Assembly (NCBI GenBank): GCA_038087875.1
Contig: CM075992.1
Coordinates: 12,278,001 to 12,342,000 of the forward strand
Direction of reading: 5' to 3'
DNA from: Malacoraja senta
Taxonomy: Eukaryota
Length of the DNA: 64,000 nt
The notes under the pieces are model-generated. The model saw only the letters and a program-made list of their open reading frames with translations, did no database searches and was not told the origin of the DNA. Each line of letters starts with the position of its first letter. Positions within the stretch are counted from its first letter, which is position 1. This document shows positions 37,356-52,100 of this stretch, piece after piece. A program made the translations under genes and the position numbers.

Positions 37356-40300
37356 TGATAAGGCTGAATTATGTTAAAAATATAAGAAAATATAAGAAAA
37401 ACTTACAGCTTATATTTAGTCTCAAATCAGGCTTTTCTGCAGTAGATTAATACAGAAAGGCAAGTCTAGGCTTGCCTCAGGTTGCTGTGTATTGAGATAA
37501 TGAATGACTATAACATTTGTCTACCATTTGACTAGAGAGGAAGTTAGATTGATCTCACTAATTGACAAATTGGCGATGCCTTTAATATGTAAAATACCTT
37601 GCACCAAATGTCCGATGCCTTTGATATGTAAAGTCCTTGTACCATATGACAAGATGCCTTTGATGTGACGCATCTTGTAGTAACCTTTATTCTCTGTATC
37701 TCTGACCATGACTAATGTTTGTGGAATGTGCTAAGGTGACAAAAAAAACACGATATAATACGATGTAATTCTGTTGTTCGGGGAAGTGGAATGAGGACAG
37801 TGAAGTGTCTGTATTGCTCACTTGACTAGAGTTCTCCCGGCCACTTCCATCGGCCGATAATAAGTAAAGTTTTGAACTGGTCTACCAAACGTTTGTGAGT
37901 TGTCTGTTTATTAAGAAGCAAACCTGTTTGATTGTTATAAAAGTAACTTTTTCATTGGCATAGTCAAGCAGGCCTCACTGGGACCCCATCAACAGCTGAC
38001 TGTGTTAGAGGTTGCAGAGGTTGCCGGGATTGGAAGGGAGACAACTGAGCTCTATTGGCCCCCTTGTAAGACCGACTCCCCTAGAAACTCCCGGGAACAT
38101 CTGTGATCTTTCATCAGACATTGAATTGGTTCCCTGCCGGAGTTCTTAGAAACAGACAAAGGTAAGACCAATTGGGCTTTGTGTATGTATTTTTTAAGAA
38201 GGAATTGTGTATGTATTTTTCAGAAGGGTTTGTGTATAGTTTTCTTTCTTTTAAAATCTTTTTATTCATTTTTTTCCAAAAACAAAAACAAAACATAAGA
38301 AACAGAGCAAAAAGAATAATGATAAACATAACAATGATATTGATACATAGGGATCAGGATTACACTAATAACAGGTATAACCTAATATGTCCAGTCAAAA
38401 TACACATTGAATATAGACCTCCATGTAAATATAGTTACATCTTTAAGAGAAAGCTTATATATGTAGAAAAAAAACACAAAGATAAAAAGACAAAATAAAG
38501 AGGTAAAAAGGAAGAAACAAAACCCCCTAAACTAAAGGGAAGAAAGAAAGGGAAAATAAATAAATAATTAAATAAAAAACAAAGCAAAGCAAAACAGAAT
38601 CTGAACTGAGAATTACAACAATTTAAGTCTGTTTGTCGTCAAGTCCGTTCCACCATATAGAGGTAAAATAGTTTTTATAACGGTTAAAGAGGGAGCGATT
38701 TATGTTGTATGAAAGTGTTGAATACATTTCCCCAAGTCTTATCAAATTTAACCAAGGGTTCAACAATGTCACTCCTGATTTTTTCTAAATTTAAACATGA
38801 TATTGTTTCAGAGTACCACTGGAGTGTGGTCGGAGGGTTGGAGTCTTTCCATTTAAATAAAATAGATCTTCTGGCGATTAGTGTGGTAAAAGCAATCAAC
38901 CGATGGGCGGAGCGGGACAAATGAATAAAATCTAACACTGGGAGCCCAGAAATTGCGGTAATAGGATGAGGTTGTAAATCAATACCTAAGACTACAGAGA
39001 TTGTATCAAAAATGTCTTTCCAATATTTTTCCAAATGTGGGCAGGACCAAAACATATGGGTCAGTGAGGCCACTTCAGAGTTACATCTGTCACAGGTAAG
39101 ATTTATATGACCATAGTAACGAGCCAACTTATCTTTTGACATATGAACACATTGAAGAGGTATTGACTAATTGAAGAATCCTCTCCCATTTCACTATAGA
39201 TAGAGAAATTTGGAGTTCTCTTTCCCAGTCATTCTTAATTTTGTCAAATATATCTATTTGTAATTTCAAAATCAACTCATAAATAGTCGTTATTAATCCT
39301 TTCGGATAAGGGTTCAAATGTAAAATGTTTTCCAAAATTTCGGTTTGATGTGGTAGCGGAAAAAAGGAGTAGAGTAGCCTTCAAAAAATGTCTAATTTGT
39401 AAATATCTAAAAAAGTGTGAATTAGATAAATTATATTTATTGGAGAGTTGTTCGAAAGACATAAAACAACCATCCGAAAACAAATCACGAAAAGCTACTA
39501 ATCCCTTCCTCTTCCATAACAAAAAGACTTGATCAGTACTAGAAGGTTGGAAGAGAAAATTGGATAAGATAGGACTCGATAAGATAAAATCATTTAGTCC
39601 AAAAAACTTACGAAATTGAAACCATATTCGAAACGTATGTCTTATTATTGGGTTAGTCGTATATTTATTCAATCTCGTCATTGTAAAAGGTAACGAGGCC
39701 CCTAGAATAGAAGCCAATGATAGCCCTTGTAAGGAATCATGTTCAAGATTTATCCATCCTGGGCATTGGGTATCTTCTAAATCTTTTGTCCAAAATGTTA
39801 GATAACGAACATTGACAGCCCAATAGTAGAATCTAAGGTTCGGCAATGCCAAACCACCATTTAAAAAAAAAATTCTGTAAGTATTTTTTACTTTGGAATT
39901 TTTATTCTGCCTTTTATATGAATAAATTTTGGAATCTATAGTATCAAAGAAAGATTTGGCAATAAAAATTGGTATCATCTGAAATAAATACAGAAATTTA
40001 GGTAAAATGAACATTTTAATAGCATTGATTCGGCCGATTAAGGATAAGGACATTGGTGACCATTTAGTAAACTGTTGTTTAATATGGTCAATTAAAGGCA
40101 TAAAATTAGCTTTAAATAAATCCTTGTGTTTCTTGGTGATCTTAATACCTAGATAAGTAAAACTTTCGGTAGTCAATCTAAGTGGAAACTGTCCATAATT
40201 CGAAACTAGATTATTTAATGGAAAAAGCTCACTCTTACTAAGATTTAGTTTATAACCAGAAAAATTACTAAATTGATTAAGTAATGCTACTATTGCCGGA

Positions 40301-40579
40301 ATAGATTTCTCAGGGTTAGAAATGAATAATAACAGATCATCTGCATAAAGAGATAGCTTATGTGTCTTATTCCCGCGGACAATACCAAAAATATTAGGGG
40401 ATTCCCTAATAGCGGTGGCCAAAGGTTCCAAAGCAATATCAAATAGCAAAGGACTTAAGGGACTGCCACTTCCATCCGCCGATAATAAGTAAAGTTTTGA
40501 ACTGGTCTACCAAACGTTTGTGAGTTGTCTGTTTATTAATTAGCGAACCTGTTTGATTGTTATAAAAGTAACTTTTTCA
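37356..40579 (+). mobile_element. Collapsed provirus ERV-C: 5' LTR 37356-37954, PBS, leader, L1 fragment, 3' LTR remnant 40465-40579
   Basis: TG...CA ends; 4-bp TSD GCCT (37352-37355, 40580-40583); PBS TGGCATAGTCAAGCAGG (37956-37972); LTR termini shared with ERV-B. Confidence 0.9.
38241..40463 (-). mobile_element. 5'-truncated L1 of a second family (RT C-terminus, Cys domain, 3'UTR)
   Basis: PLSPLLFDIALEPLA, SLYADDLL, CDRC...HMFWSCP; AATAAA near 38260 on the minus strand. Confidence 0.9.
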
Positions 40580-41932
40580 GCCTTGCAGCCTGCTTGAAAT
40601 GATACGAGACTGCTTTTGAATTTGGTGGCCTTGCACCTTGATTGAAATGGTACGAGACTGCATTTGAATTTGGTGGCCTTACACCCTGCTTGAAATGGTA
40701 CAAGACTGCATTTGAATTTGGTGGCCTTGCACCTTGCTTGAAATGGTATGAGACAGCATTTGAATTTGGTGGCATTGCAACCTGCTTGAAATGGTATGAG
40801 ACTGTATTTGAATTTGGTGGCATTGCACCCTGCTTGAAATGGTATGAGACAGCATCGGGAATAAAAGTACAACATTCTTGACCTATTATTGCACATGTCC
40901 CTCCTTTTTCTGCTAGGATAAAATCTAAGGCCATTCTGTTTTATAATACTACAGTCCTCATAGCTACCATCTCAGCTGTTACCCCTACTACCTCCTCCTG
41001 GGTTGCACTCAAGGAGACGGTAGTGGCATTAGCAAATGTCTCTAAAGCGGAGGCCATATTAATTAGTTCCCGTGACACTATTATACTACCATAGGACAGG
41101 AAAAGGATCATAAAAATTGCTCAGCCTTCATTAGGCTTTGTTTAGAACACCCCGTGTGCTGGTGTAACTGGCTCATTCTTCTCTTGTGTGGCACTGCATA
41201 TGCAAGATAACAATGCACTGTCACAAACATACTGTTTCCGAAAAATACACCAGTGCTTTGGTTGAGGCAAAAACAGGTAGATTTAACTGGCCTTTGCGGA
41301 TCTCTTACCGTCTGTAGTCAGGGTATCTCTGCTGCGCTTGTCATGTTTGAGACCAATCTTGTTTAAAAGGAGGTGTGTACCATCCTTTAAATTCTGAAGA
41401 AAGTCCAGTCCATGTGGGCCACCGCAGAATAAAAGGAGGGTCAATAGCCCATTGTCCTTCCTTGTTTCCAGGAACTGTTCACAGTCAATGAAATGTATTC
41501 AACGACGATGATCTTCAATCTTCACGGCAGTTGATGTTGTTGGTAGCACTTGGTTGTTCCTTTCAACACAAGTCTCAATTTCTTCTTGTCCCAACACATA
41601 GTCATCTTGTAGCCTTTATGGATTCGTGCCTGTGCTCACTGGTTTTCAGCACAGCTCCTCTAACACAGAGAGTGGTGAATCTCTGGAATTCTCTGCCACA
41701 GAAGGTAGTTGAGGCCAGTTCATTGGCTATATTTAAGAGGGAGTTAGATGTGGCCCTTGTGGCTAAAGGGATCAGGGGGTATGGAGAGAAGGCAGGTACA
41801 GGATATTGAGTTGGATGATCAGCCATGATCATATTGAATGGCGGTGCAGGCTCGAAGGGCCGAATGGCCTCCTCCTGCACCTATTTTCTATGTTTCTATG
41901 TTTCTAACCTGGGAATGCAGATCTGGCAAGAC

Positions 41933-42294
41933 ATAATAATAATAATAGATTTTATTTATATAGCGCTTTTCAGGACTCAAAGTCGCTTTACAATTGAGAG
42001 TCAGGAATAAACAAAACAAAATAGAGCAGTGAGACAGAGGGGAGGGGAACATGGGACTAAGGGTATGCAGAGGTGAAGAGATGGGTCTTGAGGCGGGACT
42101 GGAAGATGGTGAGGGACTCAGAATTTCGGACCGGTTGTGGGAGGGAATTCCAGAGCCTGGGAGCTGCCCTGGAGAAGGCTCTGCCTCCAAAAGTGCAGAG
42201 GTTTGATTTCGGAGTGGAGAGGAGACCAGCTGATGTGGATCTGAGGGACCGTGAGGGTTGGTAGGGGGAGCGGAGGTCAATGAGATAAGGGGGG
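41933..42294 (-). mobile_element. L2 3' fragment with (TTA)n tail (unit 2 only)
   Basis: RAFSRAAPRLWNSLP...FQSRLKTHLF; absent at ~9657. Confidence 0.85.
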
Positions 42295-42855
42295 GTTAAT
42301 TGCTGTCCATACATAAGTAGTTAATCGCCCAGGGCTTGTAGGTGGCTTCCCCCCACTCTCCAGGGGGTGGACACAGCAGCCTGTCCTGTATCAATTAAAA
42401 GTTGTAAATCCTGCTTCTCTACCTGCAGTTGAATGACCCATTCTATTCATTCCCTCCACCAAAACTCTGCAGGTGATTTGGAAATGTGAAATCACCTTTC
42501 CTGTGAACTGAAGAAAGGTTTTGGCCCGAAACAATGCCTATTTCCTTCGCTCCATAGATGCTGCCTCACCCGCTGAGTTTCTCCAGCACTTGTCTACCTT
42601 TGATTTTCCAGCATCTGCAGTTCCTTCTTAAACACTTTCCTGTGAACTTATTCTTTCAAGTCACAAGTCACATTTATTTATATAGCACATTTAAAAAACA
42701 ACTCTCGTTGGCCAAAGTGCTTTACATTTGTTATAAGAATAGCACAACAAAACAAACTACATACATATATACATGTAGCCCTCACTCAGAGGACGTCAGG
42801 AAAGGCTTGGGAGTATAGCTAAGTCTTTAGCCTTGACTTAAAAGAGTCGATGGAG

Positions 42856-45800
42856 ACTTCTGGTGGCGCCATGTTGGATTAACAGACGTGCACCTAGCTC
42901 TGTTCCCGAAAAATTTCACGATTTTTCGTGTAAAACGGGTCCATAAATCGGGACTGGATTAAAAAACCTTACCGGAGCTTCTGGTCGCTGGGCTGATGAC
43001 GTCATCAGTAAGCGCGACATTTTAAATGGTGGTTTAAAGCCTTTTAAATGAGTAAACTGTCTCCAGCTCAGAGCCCTCAGAGATCAGTGAAAAAGCTGCT
43101 GAGGAACCAGAAGAGGCCTGAAGGACAAGTTACCTCTGAAGTTTCTGAAGTGGCTGCAGAAATGGATACAAGATCTAAGACAGAGTCTGGTAAGGACAAA
43201 GAGTTTGGTGATTTGAAGAAATCTGTTAAAGATATGAAAGATGAAATTTTGGATGAAAATAAATCTCTGATGGGAAAAATGATGGAAAAAATTGAAAAGA
43301 TGATGGAGGATTCAAATGCTGGTAATCAGAAGGTGGCTGATTCACTGGACATTATAAATAAACAAATTGAGGATGTGAAAGATGGATTATCGGGGAGAAT
43401 GGACAAGATGGATGAAACTACTACGGACAGGTTCACGGCTGTGCTTGAAACAGTAGCTGCAAGTATGCGCACAATTACCGAATTGGAGAAAAATATGGCT
43501 CGAGTGGTTGAAGACATGGCGAAAATGAGGCAAGAACATGAGCAAATGAAGCAAGAAAATGAACAAACTTCACTACAGATGGTGATTCAACTGGGGAAAG
43601 TCTCAAACAAATGCCTGGACCTGGAGGCTCGCTCTAGACGCCAGAATTTGAGAATTCTTGGAGTCTCAGAGGGAGTCGAGGGGAAGGACGTTCGTGAGTT
43701 TGCCATGGGCTTACTTAAACAACTGCTTAATCTTTCCAAAGAACCGAAAATTGAAGTGGCTCATCGTGTACCAAGATTTAAACAGAGATCTGATGCTGGA
43801 AAAACTCATCCTCGACATATTATTGTGAAAGTTCGGGATATTTTAGAACTGGAAGATGTTATGAGCAAAATCAAATACGGAGTGCAGCTGCGGGTGGACA
43901 ATGACATTATTAAGATATTCAGGGACTGTCCGTATGAAATTGTGCAAAAGAGAAACCAATTTGGGAAGGTTAAAGAGCTTTTAAGAGGGAAACAAGGGAT
44001 CAGATATGGGGGGTTTTATCCAGCTAAAATGCGTATTTCTTTCAAGGGTTCTGAAAAGTCATTTGTAAAACCTGAAGATGCGTTCAAATATGCCCAGAGT
44101 ATCATGGAAAAATAGAAATCAAATGTTTTGGGATGGCTAGACTGTTATCTATGGAATTTTGAATCAAGGCCACTTTCTGTTCAAAATGAGTAAACAGCTG
44201 AACAGAAGTGAATGGTATATACCAGAAGCATTATCTGTTTAATAGACTACAATATTAAATCCAATTGTAAGAACTTATCCTATTAACAACTTAATAAGTT
44301 ATCTATGTTAGATTAGAATAGCTACAGACGCTAACAAAAATAAAAAATAAATAAAAAAATAACGAACTAACAATACTAACACGAATTTTTACTAAATTTA
44401 TACCTTATCTATAACTGGGAGGAGGGGATGAGAAACGAGCACCTGGCCTAGGTCCAGGGGCACGTCTCGTTAACCCCTTCAACCAACAGTTGACCATTAT
44501 TGAAGTCAAAATTATCTGTTTAATAATTAGTAGCTAAAATTGCGATATATACATGATATGTTATAATGAAATATATAGGGTAAAATGGTATTATATATCT
44601 GAATGTGAGGCCCCGTTTTAATATTTTAATATGTTATGATTAACCAAGAGAGTGGAGCTATATGTTTAACATCACAATGGAAGTCGAAACAAGGTTTTCT
44701 CCCACCTACAGGTGGGCCACTTGCTACAGTGCCGACTATATTAGACACTGTATTTACACTTTTTTAGTTTTTTTTAAATTATCACATAAACTCACATGTT
44801 TGTGTTTTGTGATTAGTGATAAGCGTAAAAGGGATATACCAACAAAACTTAAAAATTCAACAGTTCCCCCAATACCCAAAGACCTGGGATATGGATGCAC
44901 CACAAGATTTAAAGGTACTATAATGATTCAAAATGCAAGATGCTAAGCAAAAGAACCTAGGAGGAATCTCATTCTGTAGTTGGAATATAAGAGGTATTAA
45001 CGAACCTATTAAAAGGGGTAAGATGCTAGCTCAGCTGAAACTGTACAACTCTGACATTATCTTCTTACAAGAAACTCATTTAAAATCTCAGGATTAAGCT
45101 AGGTTGGGGGCAAAATGGATAGGTCAAACATACCATTCTTCATTTACTTCGAAATCTAGAGGTACGTCAATCATTATAAGAAAAGGTATACCATTTAAAG
45201 CAAAGAATACCATAACAGACATCGAAGGGAGATACTTAATAGTTAATGGAGAAATTCATGATACTCCAATTACCTTGGTAAATATATATGCTCCTAACTT
45301 TGACAACCCTCATTTTAAAAATAAAATTCTGAACATAATCGCAGAGTCTAACTATCAAAATGTTATAATAGGAGGAGACTTTAACTGTGTTTTAGATACG
45401 TATTTAGATAAATCAAGCCAAAAACAGAGAGGGAATACGAAATCTAAAACCGGTGAACTTCTCAATACTTATATAAAAAATACTAATATAGCAGATGTTT
45501 GGAGAATTGTTAATCCAACTGGCAGGGAATATTCATTTTATTCAATGGTACACAAAACATACTCACGTATAGATTATTTCCTGGTGGATACAAAATTAAT
45601 CCCTCGTACCTTTAACCCAACATACCATACAAATTCGATTTCAGACCATTCACCACTAACTTTCTTTTTAAAACTGGAAGGAATGTCTAAGAATAAACCG
45701 TTTTGGAGATTTAATTCTCAAATCCTAAAAGATCCACAAGCGAGTATATATTTAAAAGAACAAATGGATGCCTTTTTTGAAATAAATGACACTCCAGATA

Positions 45801-48800
45801 TATCGCCTACTGTATTATGGGAATCTTTTAAAGCATACATTAGGGGTATTATAATTTCATATCTAGCTTTTCAAAATAAAAAAGAATAAGAATGAACAAA
45901 GACAGTTAGAAGAACTTATTAGACAAATGGATATAGATAATGCTAAAGATCCATCCATAGATAAACATAATAAAATAATAATTTTGAAATTTAAATTAAA
46001 TAAACTATTATCAGCCAAACTGATAAGACTTTTTCAAATTACAAAACAAGAGCACTTTGAATTTGGGGATAAACCGCATAAACTTTTGGCTCGCCAGCTA
46101 AAAAAATGAGAAAAAGAACATACGATCCCAAAGATTAAATCAGATAGAGGGGAATTATTAACCATACCAAAGGATATTAATAAAAGATTTGCGCAATTTT
46201 ATGAGAATTTGTATACATCTAAAACGACAACTGACTCCAATAAAATTACAGAGTTTTTGGATAATTGTAATCTTCCAAAGTTAGAGTTGAAGGAACAAGA
46301 GGAATTGGGTGCACAAATCTCAATTAAGGAATTAGAAGATACAATAAACTCACTAAAGAATGGAAAAACACCAGGTCCTGATGGATTTACTAATGAATTT
46401 TATAAAAGCTTCTATGACAAAATTATACCAAGATTACAAAAAATGTACCAATATGCTTTAAAAAAACAAATACTACCTGATACATTAGCGGAATCAACGA
46501 TTACACTAATACTTAAGAAAGACAAAGATATAGAAGAACCGGGTTCATATAGAGCTATAGCATTGTTAAACACAGATCAAAAAATATTAGCGAAAACATT
46601 AGCTAGAAGATTAAGTAAATATATTAGTAAACTAATAAACCCAGATCAGAGGGGGTTTATCCCTAAGAGATATTCATCTAACAATATGAGACGTTTACTC
46701 AACATAATGCACTCACATAAATCTGAAGAACAAGAATTATCAATTATTTCGCTGGATGCTGAAAAAGCATTTGACCAAGTAGAATGGAATTATATGGATA
46801 AAGTATTACAAAAATTCCAACTGGGAGAGAATTTTATTCTATGGATTAAATTATTATATAATAAACCTACAGCTAGAATATTAACTAATAACATATTATC
46901 CTCGAAATTTCAACTATCAAGGGGAAATAGACAAGGATGCTCATTATCACCACAGTTGTTTGCTCTTATTATTGAACCGTTAGCAGAAAAAATTAGAATA
47001 CATCCTGATATCCATGGGTATAATACTAAAGATTCAAATAATAAAATATCTTTATACGCGGATGATATATTACTGTACATTACAAAACCTCAAATCACTA
47101 TTCCAAATATATTACATTTAATTGAAGACTTTGGATCTTTTTCTGGATACAGAATAAATTGGAATAAAAGTGAAATTATGTCAATAAAACCGAAAGACTC
47201 AACACATCTTTTAAAATTCCCTTTTAAAATAGCTACAGAAAAATTTAAATACTTGGGAATCGAAATTACGAGAACATATCAAGGTATGTTTAAAGCAAAT
47301 TTTGAACCTCTACTTAATAAATTAAACACTAATTAAATTTTGGAAAATGCTCCCGATGTCTTTAATAGGCAGAATAAATGCAATAAAAATGATCTTTCTA
47401 CCACAAATTTTATACCAATTTCAATCGATTCCTATATACTTACCAAAGAAGTTTTTTTTTAAATTGGACTCAGATATCACTATTTTTATATGGGACTATA
47501 AATCACATAGAATACAAAAAAATCACTTGAATAAACCTAAAGTAGTAGGGGGTTTAGCACTACCTAATTTCATGTATTATTATTGGTCAGTAAATATTAA
47601 AAAATATGATTCAGCTGATGGATAACTCCGTCCAGCAAGTGGACTGGATTGTAATGGAGAGAGAGGATTGCTCCTCTGGAAACATTGGAGCGATCCTCCT
47701 CTCACCAATGAAACTGAATAACATAAATTATAATAAGAACCCAATTATACATAGCACAATCCGAATTTGGAAACAAATAAAACAAAATTTAAAATTAAGA
47801 CATTTATCACTTTTATCTCCCATAGTTAATAATCCTTCGTTTAATCCCTCTATTATAGATACATCGTTCACACACTGGGATAGACTAGGAATTAAAATGT
47901 TTGGTGACTTGTATGAAACTGGAAAATTACTTTCATTTCAACAATTACAAAGAAAATATAAACTCGGAAATAATCAATATTTTAAATATTTTCAAATATG
48001 CGACTATTTGAAAAAATATGTAAAAGATCATTATAATAGCCCAGCAGATGTATTGGATGATGCAATGCAGATAAAAGCTGAATCAGCAAACTTAATATCA
48101 TATTTGTATAATATTATCTTAAATGTAGAAATACCATCTACGGAGGGTATCAGAAGAGACTGGGAACAAGAATTAGCTATTAAAATTTCAAAGGAAAGGT
48201 GGAATGAACACTTATTAAACGTGCATAAATGTTCGATTAATGTAAGACACACTTTAATACAATTTAAAATTTTACATAGATTATATTATTCCAAAACTAA
48301 AATCCATAAAATGTTCCCAAATGTAACATCCATTTGTGATAAATGTCAATCTCAAGAAGCTACTATAGCACACTCATTTGTTTTCTGTACAAAAATTCAA
48401 AAATTTTGGATTGAAATTTTTGAAATCTTTACAAAATTATTTAAATAAAACTGATACCCAAAGCAGAATGGATTATCTTCAGAATAACGGAAGATGGTCC
48501 AGAACTAAATGTGTTCCAAAAGAAATTAATAGACTATGGGTTAATAACTGGAAAAAAGCTAATCCTAAAATTTTGCAAAAAGGCTCCAATACCAACTGTG
48601 AACATGTGGATTTCAAATATGTTTGAAACATTACACCTAGAAGAGGTAAGACTCCTCCTGGCAGGTAAACCAGATCACTTCCACCTGATGTGGTCTGCAT
48701 TTATAGAATTATTACAAATATAGGGTGCAAAAGTACCTTAAAAAAAAACTGAGGTCAGGTAAGGGGGGATGAAAGTTGGAGAGTTGGTATGTCCCATTTG

Positions 48801-49121
48801 CGTGATGCTTACAAAAACTATTTGTTTTTCTCTTTTCCCTCTTTCTCTCTCTTCTTCTTTTCTAGGGTCTATTTCTTAACTCTTTTTCTTTTGTTTTTAA
48901 TTTCGTTCTTATAGGGTCTTCGTTCTTTCTTGTTGTCACGTTTTTTTACACTTTCACCTTTTCCTTCACTTTCTTCTTTCTCTCAATCTCATCCTTTCCC
49001 TTTATTAGTGTAAAAAACAAATGGAGTACATTAATTGTAAGAAGATATATGTGACGAGTACTAATGTATGTGGTTGTAATGTAATGTACTTCTAATAAAT
49101 AAAAAATAAAAAATAAATAAA
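42856..49121 (+). mobile_element. Full-length L1 (unit 2 copy), ORF2 frameshifted
   Basis: Perfect TSD AAAAGAGTCGATGGAG at 42840-42855 and 49122-49137. Confidence 0.95.
43048..44115 (+). CDS. L1 ORF1 protein (open, 355 aa)
   Basis: Uninterrupted; LEARSRRQNLRILG, AHRV, PRHII, YPAKMRI. Confidence 0.85.
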   Translation: MSKLSPAQSPQRSVKKLLRNQKRPEGQVTSEVSEVAAEMDTRSKTESGKDKEFGDLKKSVKDMKDEILDENKSLMGKMMEKIEKMMEDSNAGNQKVADSLDIINKQIEDVKDGLSGRMDKMDETTTDRFTAVLETVAASMRTITELEKNMARVVEDMAKMRQEHEQMKQENEQTSLQMVIQLGKVSNKCLDLEARSRRQNLRILGVSEGVEGKDVREFAMGLLKQLLNLSKEPKIEVAHRVPRFKQRSDAGKTHPRHIIVKVRDILELEDVMSKIKYGVQLRVDNDIIKIFRDCPYEIVQKRNQFGKVKELLRGKQGIRYGGFYPAKMRISFKGSEKSFVKPEDAFKYAQSIMEK

Positions 49122-52100
49122 AAAAGAGTCGATGGAGGGGGCAGTTCTGATGGGAAAGGGGATGCTGTTCCACAGTCTAGGAGCTGCAGCCGCAAAGGCC
49201 CGGTCGCCCCTGAGCTTATGCCTAGACCGTGGGATATTCAGCAACCCCAAGTCGGCTGATCTGAGGGGCCTGGAGGTGGAGTGGTGGGTGAGAAGACTTT
49301 TTATGTAGGTGGGGCAAGCCCATTGGGGGATTTGTAGACATGGAGGAGGATCTTGAAGTTTATACGGAACCGCACAGGGTGCCAGTGGAGAGAGGCCAGG
49401 ATCGGGGTGATGTGGTCCCTTTTTCGGGTGCCCGTCAGGAGTCTCGCTGCGGCGTTTTGGACCAGTTGCAGGCGGGACAGGAAAGATTGGCTGATGCCAG
49501 TGTAAAGGGAGTTGCAGTAATCTAGGCGGGAGGAGATGAATGTGTGGATGATCTTTTCCAGGTCATCAAACTGGAGGAATTGTTTTATTTTAGCTATCGT
49601 CCGAAGCTGAAAGAAGCTAGCTTTTACCACGGCATTGACTTGTTTGTCAAATTTCAGTGCTGAGTCAAATATCACGCCAAGGTTTTTGACGTGAGGTTTG
49701 AGTAGTGGGGTAAGGCTTCCAAGGCTGCCTGCTATCATTTTGATTGAGTCCGAGGGGCCGAGAAGGATGACCTCAGACTTACTCTCGTTTAGTTGGAGGA
49801 AGTTCTGGGCCATCCAACACTTTATATCCTCGAGGCAGTGGGTAAGGTTAAACAGATTTGATTGTTTTTTTTTGCTTCAGGGGGAGGTAGAGTTGTGTAT
49901 CGTCTGCTTAGCAATGGAAGGAAATGCTGTGCCTTTCAATGACTTGGCCTAAGGGGAGCATATACAGGGAGAAGAGAATGGGGCCAAGGATGGAACCTTG
50001 TGGAACCCCACAGCAGAGATTAACTGGGGAGGAGAATGAGTTGCCTATGTTAGTCGAGAAACTCCTACCTTTGAGGTAGGAGATGAACTAGCTCAGGGCA
50101 GTGCCATCAATACCAACGGTCAATTAGGATGGTGTGGTCGACAGTATCAAATGTTGCGCTGAGGTCAAGAAGGAGCAGAATTGCACAGTCGCCGGAGTCA
50201 ACGGTGAGCAGTAGGTCATTGTGTACCTTCAACAAGGCAGACTCTGTGCTATGGTGAGCCCTGAAACCTGATTGGAAAGTTTCCAAGATAATGTTTTGGT
50301 GAAGGTAAGGTATAAGTTGACTTAAAATTACCTTTTCAAGGGCTTTTGAGAGGAAAGGCAGTTTAGAAATGGGTCTGTAGTTGCTTGGCAAGGTGGGGTC
50401 GAGGTTTAGTTTTTTGAGGAGTGGTTGGACCACCGTCCAATTAATTCAGATTAATCCGATTATATCTGAACAGGCTCCCCCCACCTAACTATTCAATTCT
50501 CCAAATATGTTCTCTTCCCCAATCTACTTTATCTTCCCTCACATTTTATCCCTCATTGTGAGTTCCCTCGAACCCCCTTTTGTAAGCCATAAGACAATTT
50601 TTCAAGTACATTCATTTCCCTTACACAACACATGATTCAACACCTTTGTTTGTCTGCAGACAGTAATCTTGCTTCATTTGCATTTTAAAGGACAACCTCT
50701 GTTATCACATCAAAACAATCTTTCCCAAAAAGAACTCACTCAGAATCAGTAATCAATAATACATTTTCTTTTTCTCTGTAATTTTGACATTTCCAATCTC
50801 AGTTAACACTTTAATTGGGATGTGTCTCTTTTTGAACTTGGCTCAAAAGATTTATAGCAACCAACACATTTTATCATTCGAGTATAGCTCCGCTCCCCAT
50901 TCATGGCAGTTTCATAAAGGGACACACCATAACCTGTCTCTTCATTTGCATTTTAAAGGACAAACTGTTCTTAAAGGGACACACACACATTTATTCATTG
51001 CTTCAAATTTCACACATTTCACATACAAAAAACTTTGTTTTACAAGCAGTGCATATACAAAAAACATTGTTTTACCAGCAGTATATAATATTTCATCTTC
51101 AAAGACGTCTCTTTGTAATTTACTTTCCCTTTTTCTGACAAGACTTCTGTTTACCAGAAAAGCTGCCATGTTTTATTAGCTCAGACATTCCCCAGGGAGA
51201 CTGATGCTCTGTCGGGTCACTTATATAGTCATTGCAGTGGGAGGACTGAGGTATAGTATTTTTGTTGAAGCGAGAGAGTTAAGTTTGAAAAACTCGTACG
51301 CTGTGATAGGACAATGATCCAGATCGTGATTAGTCAGACTCCCCATGACTTTTCAGTCTCCCTACCCTATCCTCATTTCTCCACCGAATTTTCCTTCATC
51401 CCCAATATTTTTAGAACATAGTTGCTTGTCCGAAAAAGGATTCCCCCGGGGTAATTTTGTTTTGCGCAATATCTTCCCCCTCTTTTTTAAAAAAAAACTT
51501 GTCACTTCATTTTGCGACCCAATCCTATGCTTTTTTTTTTCTCTTTTCTGTCTGTCCACCAACTGCAACAGTTTCCAACCTCTTCAACTCTATTTCTGCT
51601 TTATCATTCCCTCCTTACCAGCATGGGTAAGGTAGTGAATATATTAGTAAGACAAGTAAAAATGCATCGTATACACAAACTTGTGAGCTGAATCAATGGC
51701 ACAGCCCTCTCGTTTCCATAGTTGTTTTTGGATAATAGAGGCGTCCCTCTGGAATGTACATACCTCCCTCATGTTTGGCAGGACCATTTTATTTGCTAGC
51801 ATCTGTTTACCTGCTGTCACTACGCGTTGGATGCATAGGCCGCTTGTTTGGATACACTATCGGCAAACTCATTGTGTTTGGTTATCGGGTCCCCAGCACC
51901 AGTGTGGACAGCACATTTAATAATGGACAGCTGTTCTGGGAGCATCTATGCCTCAAGCAAGTTACGCACAGAAAGGGCATGCCCGTGCCCCCAATTCTGT
52001 GTAGCTTTGTAAGGTCGGAACTTCGAGGTATAGGGATGTTACTGACGGAGCTTGTACAGGTAAGGATGCCATCGCTACTGGTACTACGTAGGGAGGTGGA

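Larger units (their letters stand above)
37256..40855. repeat. 48-bp array split by ERV-C (37256-37355 and 40580-40855)
   Basis: Repeat phase resumes after the GCCT TSD. Confidence 0.9.
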
